A stretch of 64,000 nt of DNA from Squalus acanthias (lineage: Eukaryota). The stretch spans positions 145,516,001 to 145,580,000 of the forward strand of contig CM059432.1 in assembly GCA_030390025.1 (NCBI GenBank). The letters run 5' to 3'. Positions within the stretch are counted from its first letter, which is position 1. Every line of letters starts with the position of its first letter. The translations under genes were made by a program, and so were the position numbers. The notes beneath the pieces were generated by a model, which worked only from the letters and a program-made list of their open reading frames with translations, was not told the origin of the DNA and did no database searches. This document shows positions 39,837-52,403 of the stretch, piece after piece.

Positions 39837-40652
39837 GGGGGTGATTTTGCAAATGGGGACGTGATGGAGGCAGGACTGCTGCTTGTCGGGTTTTAGTCCC
39901 GCCTCCATCGACGTCCGGCCAACCCAAGCTATTTTCCCTTGATTGACCTTGTTAAGCCCGCCTAGCGGGCTTAGCAGGCCAATTAAGGGAAAGCCGGTTA
40001 CTGGTGACGTCAGCGACTGACGTTTCATCTGTCAAGAGCTTTTGACAGATGAATTGTCATAATTTGAGAGCTCTGTGAAGCTGTCAAACACTGACAATCT
40101 GTCTTCTAAGTTGAGACCTGGCCACAGGCTTACTTAGAGATCTCTCCTGAGCAGAAAGCAGAAGGCTGATGCATTTGAGAATGCAGCGGCCATTCTGCTT
40201 TCTCTGCCGGTGAGATGAGGGACTCCTGAGACATGGAGGAAGAAGCAAAGGTAAGTAAAGCTTTTAAAACAGTTAAGACTCACCTCACACACTTACCTCT
40301 GCATTCATGCACCCATCACTCACCTGCACGCTGGACACCTCAGCCCCTCCGACCCCCGCAGACCCACGGCTCGCCTCGCTCTCCCTGGCGAGGTTCAGAG
40401 CCGTCGGGAAGCCCACACTTTAGGGCTCAAAATAGGGATTATCCAAAAAATTGCCTGTTAACTACCTGTTAACAGGCAGTTAATTGGCACTAATCCCCTT
40501 CCCGCCTCGAGGAGGCGGTTCCCAGCACGGGTCGGGTACTCGCCTCCTGGGAAGATAGCATGGAGGCGGGATGGGTACCCGCCCCCAGATTCTGCCATTT
40601 TCCCGGCAGTCCCGCCTCCATACCCGCCTCCGCAGGGCTGGCAAAATCGCCC
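39837..40652. mobile_element. Harbinger-type non-autonomous element
   Basis: TIR-like GGGGTGATTTTGC / GCAAAATCGCCC; interrupts CR1; no clean TSD. Confidence 0.7.
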
Positions 40653-40793
40653 ACTTGGAGACCAAAACTGTACACAGTACTCCAGGTGTGATCTCACCCA
40701 CGCCCTGTACAGTTGTAGCAAAACTTCCCTACTTTTATACTCCATCCCCCTTTGGCTTCCTAATTACTCGCTGTACTTGCATGCTAACTTTTT

Positions 40794-41361
40794 GGGCTGG
40801 ATTTTCATTGACCCGTGGAGGCGGGTTTAGAGGCGTGTGGGGGGTTAAAATTGCAAAAACTGGTGGGCGGGCACAAGTCCGCCTCCATCCCGTCTCCACG
40901 CAATTTTCATTAAATTGTGTCTGCTGGTCCCGACTCCGTCCCGCCTCTAAGAGACGGGATAGGCTGTTAAGGCTCTTAACAAGCACTAAATTGGTTCTAT
41001 AATGCCATTTTGAAAGGCCTTTGTGATTTTAACCCTTGTTCTCCGTGAAGCACGCCTGTTGTGAAACACGATTGTGAAACCTGGTGCAAAAAAAATTCTC
41101 GCTCTCTCTCGCTCGCATCCAGGTCCTCTCACAGCAAAGGCCAGACAGTCTCTGACCTTCAATGCAGCAGCAATGATGACATCATCAGAGGCGACTTTCA
41201 GGCTAGAAACACTAATTGGTTCATGGGTTCCCACATGCTGTGACTCAATTGCCCAATTAGGTGAAAATTCCATCAATCTCCCACATCCAATTGCAGTCGG
41301 GTGGATAACACGAAAAGCGGATGACACGACCCCAACCCGCCCCAGTATCAAAATCCAGCCC
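40794..41361. mobile_element. Stand-alone Harbinger MITE of the family that forms the composite
   Basis: Perfect 12-bp TIRs GGGCTGGATTTT / AAAATCCAGCCC, TTT on both sides; collinear with 19951-20679. Confidence 0.9.
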
Positions 41362-41915
41362 TTTGTGTTTCATGTACAAGGATCCCCAGATCCCTCTGTA
41401 CCGCAGCATTTTGTAGTCTCTCTCCATTTAAATAATAATTTGCTTTTTCATTCTTCCGACTAAAGTGGATAACTTCACATTTTCCCACATTGTACTCCAT
41501 CTGCCAAATTTTTGCCCACTCACTTAACCTATCTGTATCTCTGCAGATTCTTTGTGTCCTCCTCACAACTTGTTTTCCCACCTATCTTTGTATCATCAGC
41601 AAATTTGGCTACATTACATTCGGTCCCTTCATCCAAGTCATTAATATAACATGTGGCACTGGGAGTAATTCAGAGACTGTAACCTTTTGAGGTTTTACTT
41701 TTGAACTTCCTCCATAGCTCCTGAAACTCTGCCTGCGTGACCTCAATCCTTTTCCTTCTTTTGTCATTTGTTCCTACGACTTCTGGCTGTTCCCCCCCCC
41801 ACCCCCCAAATGTTCTACACCCTCTCAGTGATGTCCTTTACCCTGGCATATCAGAGCCTTTAGTGCTGCTGTTACGTGCACACTGAAACATCTTGTTTTT
41901 CATATTTTCTATTAG

Positions 41916-41979
41916 ACTTTGAACCATGCACTAGCCTATCTCCTGGAGAGTACAAGCAGCATTTTGTTTCCTACTGGAG
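41916..41979 (+). pseudogene. VPS8: VPS8-like exon with internal frameshift (..ALAYLLE / VQAAFCFLLE)
   Basis: ATTAG acceptor, GTGAGC donor, 64 nt; the halves match recalled TAYLLEKKGDIHGAFLIMLE in different frames. Confidence 0.75.
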
Positions 41980-43068
41980 GTGAGCGTACAATTTTACGTG
42001 GTCAAAGGTAACTCCATGTGTTCATACTGTTTAGGAAATCACCCAGTGTCTACTTGGGATCCTTGAAGTTTCCAGGTCTGCTATTATATTGTGCCAGTGT
42101 TGCACCATCTGCAAGGTGGCCCTGGTCTGATGATAACAAATATCTGAAGTGCCTAAATGTCAAAGGTGATGTTTAAATGCTCATAGAAGCCCAGGTGTCA
42201 GAGTACTACTGTCAGGAACGTATACTTCTCTTGGTGGCTAATATTTTGCAAATTACTAAATTATCTTAACGGTTCACTAATGATGTACTTAAACCACGTC
42301 GGCAAGCACAGTTTCTTTTGGAGCAAACTAGGGTTTAACCATCCTAACCAGGAGAAGAGGAAGAAGCCTTCTAATTTTCCTCTTTCTTTCTTCCATGCCT
42401 CAGCTACAGTGACATCAAGCCACTGCCTCTTAAACTCTCTGAACTTGCAATGGAGGAAAGCTCTAATGTTAAGGTAGGGGCCTCCTTTTATAGGGCAACT
42501 TAATACAAATAGGCAACCCCATGTAAATATGTTTTTACATAAACTTGCATTCCTATCATGTGCATTACTGTACAGGCCAACCTGCAGTTTAGAAAATGAT
42601 TTTGTTACTGGCTCATGTGCTTGTGAGCTGGGTTATTATTTTTCCAGGCCCTTGTGGTATGTCATGGTGATAAACATCTGCTCAAATTCAAATTCCCCCT
42701 CTTTTCCCCTCCCCCCTCAACGAAAAACACGTCCAGAGCTTCATTTATTTTAAAGTTGTTTCCCCTCCGCCTCATGTTTCTATTTTATCAGTACTGCACA
42801 GCTTCCTGTGGTCAGAATATTGCAGACATCTGCAAATGCTGATAATTCTTCGAGAACTCTGATACAAGGTTCCCATGCCCTCCTGTAATAATAAATCTCC
42901 AGTAAAGAAGATGGCACATATAATTCAAATGATGTTTAGATTTACTGATGCTGACAGTATATGTTTAGTAATATTGAATACCCTACAGCCAATTGTTTTT
43001 GGTGCTGTTTGGTTCCAGTAAAAGGAGTGTGTGTAGTATATGTCAATTATATTGAATCTTTCTTTCAG

Positions 43069-43132
43069 AATTAAAAAAAAAAAAAACTGGATATGCTAAC
43101 AGAATCATTGCCATCTGAGGAGGATAATACAG
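43069..43132 (+). pseudogene. VPS8: Probable VPS8-like exon (KLKKKLDMLTESLPSEEDNT) disrupted by an A14 run
   Basis: TCTTTCAG acceptor, GTTAGT donor; weak similarity to recalled RLQSKLQEVTHQGENT; stops in all three frames (43072, 43097, 43116). Confidence 0.5.
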
Positions 43133-43484
43133 GTTAGTTGAAAGATTCTTCCTAATTTTCTCATACTTATGTGGAGGATGAACACTTGCCATCAAATGTG
43201 AGAGGGTGAACCATTTGGGTCATTGTCTTTTTTAAGAGTTTGGCACAATATAGGAACTGTCTTGAAGTGACTTTTCCCTGCCCAAGGTACAAAAGAGCCT
43301 CATATTCCTTATCACATGACGGGGTGAACTGAAGAAAACTCATCTAGGATGCTGATGATTTAATTAGCATTTGAAAATACCATTTCTCCTTCAAAGATGA
43401 CCTTTTTAACTTGACATTCCCATGGTTATCGGTGGTATGGTGCAGGACTGGGCAGATAGAGCTATGTATGAAGAGCTACCATTA

Positions 43485-45090
43485 AATCATAGAATCAGTA
43501 CAGAAGGAGGCCATTCAATCCATCGTGTCTGTGCCGGCCAAAAAGAGCTATCCAGCCTAATCCCACTTTCCAGCTCTTGGTCTATAGCCTTGCAGGTTAC
43601 GACACTTCAAGTGCATATCTAAGTACTTTTTAAATGCAATGAGGATTTCTGCCTCTACCACCCTTTTCAGGCAGTGAGTTCCAGACCCCCACCACCCTCT
43701 GGGTGAAAAAGTTTGCCTCAACTCCCCTCTAATCCTTCTACCAATTACTTTAAATCTATGCCCCCTGGTTATTGACCTCTCTGCTAGGGAAAATAGATCC
43801 TTCCTATCCACTCTACCCAGGCCCCTCATAATTTTATATACCTCAATCAAATCTCCCTTCAGCCTCCTCTGTTCCAAAGAAAACAACCCCAGCCTATCCA
43901 ATCTTTCCTCATAGCTAAAATTCTCCATTCCTGGCAACATCCTCGTAAATCTCCTCTGTACCCTCTCGAGTCAATCACATCTTTCCTGTAATTTGGTGAC
44001 CAGAACTGGACACAGTACTCGAGCAGTGGCCTAACTAGTGTTTTATACAGTTCAGGTATAACCTCCCTGCTCTTGTATTCTATGCCTCGGCTAATAAAGG
44101 AAAGTATCCCGTATGCCTTCTTAACCACCTTATCTACCTGTCCTGCTACCTTCAGAGATCTGTGAACATGCACTCCAAGGTCTCTCTGTTCCTCTACACT
44201 TCTCAGTATCCTACCATTTATTGTGTATTCCCTTGCCTTGTTAGCCCTCCCCAAATGCATTACCTCGCACTTCTCCGGATTGAAATCCATTTGCCATTTT
44301 TCTGCCCACCTTACCAGTCCATTAATTTCTTCCTGCAGTCTACAGCTATCTTCCTCACTATCAACCACACGGCCAATTTTTGTATCATCTGCAAACTTCT
44401 TATTCATGCCCCCTACATTGAAGTGTAAATCATTGATGTATACCACAAAAAGCAAGGGACCTAGTACTGAGCCCTGCGGAACCCCACTGGAAACAGCTTT
44501 CCAGTCACAAAAACATCCGTCGACCATTACCCTTTGCTTCCTGCCACTGAGCCAATTTTGGATCCAACTTGCCACTTTCTCTTGGATCCCATGGGCTTTT
44601 ACTTTCCTGATCAGTCTGTCATGTGGGACCTTGTCAAAAGCCTTGCTAAAATCAGTGTAGACTACATCAAACGCACTACCCTCATCAGCCCTCCTTGCTA
44701 CCTCCTCAAAAAATTCAATCAAGTTAGTCAGACACGACCTTCCCTTAACAAATCCATGATGACTGACCTTGATTAATCTGTGCCTTTCTAAATGACGATC
44801 TATACTGTCCCTCAATTTTTTCCAACAATTTGCCCACCACCGAGGTTAGGCTGACTGGCCTGTAATTACTCGATCTATCCCTTTCTCCCTTTTTAAACAA
44901 CAGTACAATGTTAGTAGTCTTCCAGTCCTCCGGCACCACACCTGTAACCAGAGAGGATTGAAAAATGATAGTCAGAGCCTCCGCTATTTCCTCCCTTGCT
45001 TCTCTTAACAACCTGGAATCCATTTCATCTGGGCCTGGCGATTTATCTACTTTCAAAGATGCTAAACCCCTTAATACTTCCTCTCTCCAC
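43485..45090 (-). mobile_element. CR1 LINE 3' half with long RT ORF
   Basis: ORF 43859..44815 (DFSKAFDKVPH, GVPQGSVLGP, KFADDTK). Confidence 0.92.
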
Positions 45091-45289
45091 GTGGTTTGAA
45101 GGTTGTATCTGCCTACATTAAGCAACAAGGCAGCAATGATGTCTTGCTCCATGACAGCTATGCCAATTCTAAACTACAATTTGCATTTCCTTATCTATTA
45201 GAAAGAAAAAGCTGCATGCATCCTACAGGTAATTCAAAGATGCTGGGACACCCTCCCTCGCTGCAATTGTTGGCACACCACTGTTAATA

Positions 45290-45730
45290 CACAACTTTGG
45301 TTTGGCCACGGTTGGAGCTATGTGCAGTTTTGGGGGCCCCGTTATAGAAAAGGATGTTGAAGCTGCAGAGATCATACAGTGATGTCGTGGATGGGATATG
45401 ACTGAGGATAGACTTGAGATTCCAGGACTATTTCCACTGGGCAGAGAAAGGCATTTAATAGAAGTTTTTTTAAATTGTGAAGGGTTCTGATAGAATGAAA
45501 GGGAAAGACTGGGGAGTCAGTGATGAGAGTCATCAATTTAAAGTTGTTATCGGGTGTGAGGAGAGGTTTGGAGGGTTGTTGGGATATGGAATACATTACC
45601 TCAGGGAGTGGTTGATGCAGAGACCATTGCATCTTTAAAAGAAAACTTGGATAAATAATTGAAGCATGGCTTTGGTAAGAGCCGGCACAGAAATGATAGG
45701 CCAAGTGACCTCCCATGCTGTAAATATCTA
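45290..45730 (+). mobile_element. Old CR1 3' fragment
   Basis: Degenerate LEYCVQFW-like and 3' UTR sequence. Confidence 0.55.
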
Positions 45731-48342
45731 CAGTTCACTCATTGCAAACAACTCATCTGGGACTCTAATCATGGTATTAGATTTTAAAATGCCCCTTTTT
45801 CTTCAAAGATTATCTTTTAATGTAACTAATTCTCGACCAATATTTCTGGGGCTCATTTGCAAACAATTCATTTTAGCAGCCATTACAGTTTAAAAAAAAA
45901 CTTTTAAAGTGATACATATACAATTTTCATGGGATTTAATTCTATTTTTTAATGTGAAATAAAAACACTGAAGACTGAAGTCTATGCTCCCATCTCTCTC
46001 TTTGATTACTAACTTCTTTCTCACAGGATACACACATTTCTCAAGGCAGTACACCCAACCACAATACTTCCTGTCCAGAGATGAGCTCAAACTGCAGACA
46101 GTTTGTTTAGCTCTGAAACTTAAATGGACATAAAACCGAAAATATTTGATAGTGTGCTCAGAAAAATACAATCATTATATATGGAGCTTTAACCTAAAGT
46201 ACAGTCTGAGTAAGATCATAAACTAAGGCTTCTTGCAAAATTGTCTTTGTTACTTATGATCGTAACTTAATTTCAAGAAAAAAAGACTTGCGCCTTGGAT
46301 GTCCCAAAGCACTTTATAGCCAATAAAGTACTTTTGAAGGGTAGTCACTGTTGCAATGTGTAAAACGTGGCTGCCAATTTGCGCACAGCAAGGTCCCACA
46401 AACAGCAATGTAATAATGACCAGATAATCTGTTTAGTGATGTTGGATGAGGGATAAATTTTGGCCAGGTTTCCAGGGCGAACTCCCTGGCTCTTTTTCAA
46501 ATAGTGCCGTGTGATCTTTTACATCCACTTGAGAGGGCAGCTGGGGCCTTAGTTTAGCGTCTCATCCGAAAGATGGCACCTCCTGCAGCACTCCCTCAGT
46601 ACTGCACTGGAGTGTCAGTCTAGATTTTGTGCTCATGTCTCACCTTCTAACTTTGAGGCAAGAGTGCCATCACTAAGCCATGGCTAACGCTATGAGATCA
46701 AATAGAAAGTAACCAATTTAGATGGCTAGATAATTACAGATGGGCACGCTATTCTGCCCATCTTAATTCATCCATCCAGTGAGATCCCAACGTTCCCCCT
46801 ATTGTAGTATCCAATTGTTTCTCATATTTCCAGGATTTTTGCCTCCACTAGTTATCGTATTCTACCTGGAAGTTTTTTTCCCCACACGATCACACTGTGT
46901 GAAGAACAATTTCTTGACGTCAGTCCTAAAATTACCTTTTACTAGTTTGAACCCATGTGTCCTGGTTCTTTTATGCAGTCCAATTTAAAGTAATATTCAG
47001 AGTTAACTTTTTCTAAACCCTTGACAGTATTGTATACCTCTCCCTACTCCTGGTACTTCTGCTCCGAGTACCTCACCTTGTTGCATCCCCTTGCCTCTGG
47101 TTCAAAATTCTCATTGTCTGCTGCCCTCAGCTTGAGTTTCTCCCTGAGCTATCATCCCTCAGTCTCCACACTGAGTGATTGCTCATCCTTGGTGATTTCA
47201 AATCCCATCTCAGCTCCCCTTGCCCTCTCTCCTCTGATTTCACTGCCCTCCTGTCCACTCTAAACCTCTCCCTTGATATAAACTCTCCTACCCATATTAA
47301 CAACTAACCCCTCAACCTTCTTGTCACTCGTGGTCTCTACTCCCATGGTCTTGATCACTGACAAGACCATCTCTGACCACTACCTCTGCATCTGCCCCAG
47401 GAAACGCTACCACCCCCCCAAGCCACTTACAACTACTTCAAACTGACAACTGCCTAGCCTTTGCCCCTCCATTCACCACAATACTTCTTTAACCGTCGAT
47501 TTGCTCAACAACTCACCTCTACCTTTGATGTCCTTGTACGCAGTAAAACCCTTACTATCCCAGTCATTCCCTTTTGTATGGTCCCGATCTCTGCTCCCTT
47601 AAGTCCAAGGGGCGCAGACTTGAGCATATTTGGCGCACAACTGGTTTAGCTATCCAGCCATTTCTGCACTACCAACCATCTCCCATTCCCTTCCACCGTC
47701 ATCAAGTGCAAGGAGCTCTGACTTTTTGGTCACTAAGATTGCAACCATCAGATCTGCTTCCCCACCCTTTTGCTTTCTCACCAAGCCAAACCTGCGCCCC
47801 TGTTCCCCAATGCTCTGGCCCTGAATCTTCATCATTCTGTGGTTTCTTTTGCATCTTTACATTTTTCACCTCTTTGCCCTATTTTTATGTGGTACTGAAA
47901 ATTTTTACTATTCTGCTTGGCCTCAGCTGCTATGTCTTTTCCAGGTGTTCTTCTGATCACCTTTTTAATGCGTTTCTGCATTTTTTTTGTATTCATCCCT
48001 GTGAGCCCCTTTGCTTTTCTCCCTGCAAGATATGTGAAGACCATTCTCCTTCAATCTCACTTTTAATTTTTTTGTTAATCCACTTGGGTAATGTTTGCTT
48101 AGTCTGAGGAACATTGGAATTGCTAGACGGGAAAAAAACAAGCTCCATCTAGTCGCATGATAAAACAATAATGCAGTTGTTGACTAATCATGGCAATCAA
48201 TCTCTTACTGATCCATTTTCTTTCCTGCTCACTTGCTATTTTACCTCTCTGCTGAAACTTTGATTGAGAAGCTTTTTAGAATGGATCTATTTGAACATTA
48301 CCTAGTTGTGCTACGCTGTTGTTTTAGTCTTAGGGTTGCAGT

Positions 48343-49312
48343 TGTAGGATCCGTTCCTCCCCCCACAACTGTAAAATTTATGGAATATAAAAAACCCATA
48401 AAACCCACGGACATTGAACTGTGAAATATAAAAGCCATACCTCAGCACACAGAGGTGGGCTATGCAGTAAGGGGTTATTTTAAACATTGCAACAAAACTA
48501 TGGCTCGTTAAAAGAGACTGGAAAAGATACAGAACAACTGCCGTCGATTCAATACAAGTAAGATATTGAGAATGCCATCAGCATAGACAATAGCACCGGA
48601 TGACGGCCATTACCATCTGAATGGTTCCTGCCAAGAAGAAAAAGGGATATTCACACATTCGTTAACTTTGGAGCCCGGAACCTTGTACCATAGAAAGGTT
48701 GCATTGTTTAAACAGCATGAGAACTGATCAGGCCCACCCGGTCCTGTGTAGACCAGGGCGTGGAATAATCTCATAATTAAAAGGTGTTAACCATCGGCTG
48801 TTACAGCAGGAAATATGTTCAAGATATCGTGATAGGTATCTTCATAAAAGAGGACAACTTCACAGAGGGGGTACGGCAGTCGGTAGGAGGACAGCAGATT
48901 TGGTCACCTAGTCCGGGCCTACAATCAACACCAGGATGACCAGCTGTGTGAATGATTGTAAGTTTCAGTCAAATCGTAGAGGGATTTGTCTGGGTAATTT
49001 TGTAAGTAGCAGTCGAATCGCGGAAGGGTTTGTGCTGTGGAATTTCGTGTTGGTTTCAATTAAACTGCGGAAGGGTTTTAACTGGTATTTCATGTCAGTT
49101 TCAGGTAACCTTGTGTAAGGGTTTTGTATTGTGGGTTTTGTGTTATCTCGGTCAAATCACAGAGGGGTTTGTACTAGGGGGAATTTTGTGAGTTCAATAA
49201 ACGAACAAATCGAAGGTTGAGCCAAACCCTGTGTTGTGCGTATTTTGTTCTTATAAATCCCGAAGTCCAAGAACTGTCTGTAAGGGGGGGACGGGAACGG
49301 AACCTCCTAAAA
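48343..49312 (+). mobile_element. Solo LTR-like element (~970 bp)
   Basis: 5-bp direct repeat GCAGT (48338-42, 49313-17); TG start; imperfect inverted termini TGTAGGATCCGTTCC / GGAACGGAACCTCCTA; AATAAA near 49196. Confidence 0.65.
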
Positions 49313-49647
49313 GCAGTCCTCCTGAAATAGATCTTTTTCTACTGCAGGAAACTCTTTGGTATCCGGCACCGACGGGACCGGCATGGTGCCGGTTGATCGA
49401 AAGTTCCAGATAACGGAGAGTTATATCTACCGAGGCTATTTTTAACAAAGAAAAATAAAAAAATCAAGAAATGTGCAGTATACAGTATTTGGGTACTCAC
49501 CTACAGAATGTTGTGTTAAATGGATGGTGGAAGATGCTTGATTAAGTACAGTACTGCCAGTTGAGGGTAATCCATAACTCTTTAATTACTTAACAGTAAA
49601 ACAAAACTTATGAACGACTGTCTACAGTACTGTAGTTGACTGTACAC

Positions 49648-51406
49648 TTATTCCAAGTCATCTGGTTCATCAGAAATATCCGTGCCAGCTGGGTCATCAG
49701 GATCACGCAGTTCCACCAGTGCCACAGATTCTTCAGGCACTTCCGCTGCTGCGACTCTTTTGGAAGCTTTCTTAAACATGTTGCGGATGTCGGTTTGCTT
49801 AGTGGACTCTTGCCTTTTCTGTAGAAAGGTGGAATGCAGAATATGGAGTTGCATAACTTCTTGTGCAGAGTAGCAAGTCTGCCTTTCAGCAAATTTGAGG
49901 AATGTCGATAATCCTTCTGCAGCTTTAGCCCAAGAAATCTTCTCTTCTTCAGAAATCTCATCCTCTTCACTTTCCATCTCACTTTCCTTTTCTTTCTTTG
50001 GATTCAAAACATTCTCAATTATTTCATCATCACTTAGCATATGCACAACACCAACTTCTCTATCTGCATCAACTCACTGCTCGATATCACTTTCACTGAG
50101 GTGAAGTCAAGGGTTTGCTGGGCCTGCATTTTTCACCATGCCAGCCATTTCCATTATTGTACTCTTCTTGGGACGAACACTGAACCCATGAAATTCCTCC
50201 ACTGAAGAAGAACCTTCAGCAAACATTACAGAAGGCCACAATTTGCGCCAGGCTTGCCTCAGAGTGTGACCTTTCACCAATTTGCAGGAACATGCAACAT
50301 TATAGATGGCATCTTTAATATTGTATTCCTTCTGAAATGCGTGAATATTGGCTTATCAGTTTACGTAGGAAGTCTTTCTTGTAATGACACTTCAGATTTT
50401 GGATAATGCCCTGGTCCATGGGTTGGATGAGAGAAGTTACATTTCGTGGCAAATAAATGGTGAAAATATTTCCCGAAACCAACTCAGATTCATGCGGATG
50501 AGCTCTGCAATTATCAAGCAATAAAATGCATTTGCTATCTTCAGGTTTCCCTATTTTGCGGAAATGTTCCCTCACAGATGGAACAAAAATATGATGGAAC
50601 CAATCGGAGAAGATTTCCTTATCCATCCAAGCATTTCTTTGAGCTTTGTACTCAACAGGTAAGTGCCTCACATTTTTAAATGCACGGGGATTTTTATACT
50701 TCCCGATAACAAGAAGTTTAACCCGGTGTGATCCAGCGGCGTTCGCACATGTTAGCACGGTTACACGATCTTTATTTTTCTTGTAACCTGAAGCATTAGC
50801 CTCACTAACCCCAGCAAGCATTGATTCTGGCAAAAACCTCCAAAACAAGCCAGTTTCATCGGCATTGTATATCTGTGCTGGCGACAAATCATGTTGCTGC
50901 ACAATCCGATTGAAATAATCGCAGTATTCTTCTGCGGCGTCGTGATCAGCTGATTTCTTCTCCCCGGAAATATCGAGTCGTCGTATCCCGTGCCGTAACT
51001 TGAAGCACGTTAGCCATCCCTCGGAGAAAGCACACTTGTCAGTGAGCTCCATCCTTTCGTAGAAATCCTTCGCTTTCTCGATTAGCATGGGTCCGGAAAT
51101 TGGAACACCCTCTGAACGCTTAAGAGAAAACCATTCATAAAGCACGGTATCCAGCTCTTCAAGCTTAGGCTTACAAAGCGTACGCCGTTTCTCTACACTC
51201 TTAGATGTCTCCGAGCTTGAATAAAACTTGTGCAGCTTATCCTTCTGCGATTTGATGTCGTAGATTGTTGACGAACCGATTTTGAATTCATTCATAATGT
51301 TGATACGCTTCTCTCCCCTTTCTAGTCGTTGGCATATCTCGATTTTCTGTTTTAAAGTTAAGACCACTCTCTTCCTTTTGCTTGGACCAGCTTTTGGGAA
51401 TTCCAT
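49648..51406 (-). pseudogene. pogo/Tigger transposase (CENP-B-type HTH + DDE_1), frameshifted near 50340
   Basis: [54 protein letters not shown]; acidic C-terminus in ORF 49648..50046. Confidence 0.9.
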
Positions 51407-51429
51407 AATGCAAGATGGAGGAGATAATT

Positions 51430-51745
51430 GCCGATGAAGATGGAAAGACACACAGAACAATGGTGGCTAGGAAGAGACTACCAGCAGCGTGGCAGACACA
51501 CAGTAAAATGGTGTATCAGAAGAGACTACCAGCAGCGTGGGAGACACAGTAAAATGGTGTATCAGAAGAGACTACAGTACCAGCAGCGTGGGAGACACAC
51601 AGTAAAATGGTGTATCAGAAGAGACTACAGTACCAGCAGCGTGGGAGACACACAGCAATATGGTGGATCAGAAGAGACTACCAGCATCGTGGGAGACACA
51701 CAGCAAAATGGCCGATCAGAAGAGACTCCAGGCAGCGCGGGAGAA
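51430..51745. repeat. ~50-bp tandem repeat (about 6 units) upstream of the pogo ATG
   Basis: GAAGAGACTAC(AGTAC)CAGCAGCGTGGGAGACACACAGTAAAATGGTGTATCA repeated. Confidence 0.9.
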
Positions 51746-52403
51746 TCAACTCCTGCTACTGCAGTGTTTCGGACTTCCGACAGCGCCAGGAGGCCGAGTA
51801 GTGGCACTTTTGAAAACTACCCCTACTGACTAAATCGGCGTTCGCGGACTCGGACTCGGACTCGGACTCGGGATTGGCAACATTGCCGGCTATTTGAGAG
51901 GAGTTTTCGGAGTACTCGGCGTTCGCGGAGACTCGGACTGCGACTCGGCAACATTGCCGGTTATTTGAGAGGAGTTTTCGGAAGATGATTTTTGCTGGTT
52001 AAGCGAGAATTCTGGATATTTGGGTGCTGGATAAACAAGAGTTTCCTGTATATGCTACTTCATTTTGTAACAACAAAATTCACAACTCCCAATGCAGGTT
52101 CTCTTGTTGTATTTCTGCCATTATTCAAGTTCTTTGGCATCTGCATCCTGATGTTTATTGATGTCCTTAAAAGATTTTTAAAGTTCGCAGGAGCTCTCTG
52201 ACATGCCTTGGACTGCACGTCCTTCAGATGATCTCAAAACACGGGCAGAATCCAGCTGTAGTTCCTGGCCCCATCTTTCACCTTGGTGAATAGTAACATT
52301 GTGGTTGGGTCCTTGCCCTTGTCCTTGTAGATATTGGCCCAAAAATTGCGATTGGCGGCGTAGCTACAGAGTATGCTGCCGACCTCCGAAAGGAATATGG
52401 ACT

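Larger units (their letters stand above)
39315..41650 (-). mobile_element. CR1 LINE 3' part, interrupted by two Harbinger-type MITEs
   Basis: WAKIWQMEYNVGKC, HLEYCVQFWSP, NFFSQRVVNLWNSLP. Confidence 0.88.
49345..52048 (-). mobile_element. Full-length Tigger/pogo (Tc1-mariner superfamily) DNA transposon
   Basis: ~26-bp TIRs CAGGAAACTCTTTGGTATCCGGCACC vs CAGGAAACTCTTGTTTATCCAGCACC (reverse complement of right end); TA right flank, TG left flank. Confidence 0.92.

Noticed and set aside
47832..48168. Lys-rich minus-strand ORFs as continuation of the RCBTB-like fossil
   Set aside because: Better explained as decayed CR1 ORF2 linker (PKWINKKIK, KKVIRR..KDIAAEAKQNSKNF).
51430..51745. Regularly spaced repeats resembling a CRISPR array
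   Set aside because: Units are contiguous with no unique spacers, lie within a eukaryotic pogo element, and there are no cas genes.
24659..52403. Giant element (Polinton/Teratorn-like) bounded by 4-kb TIRs
   Set aside because: The interior holds collinear host exons and half of an RTE continuing outside the left arm; there are no polymerase, integrase or capsid genes and no outer TSD.
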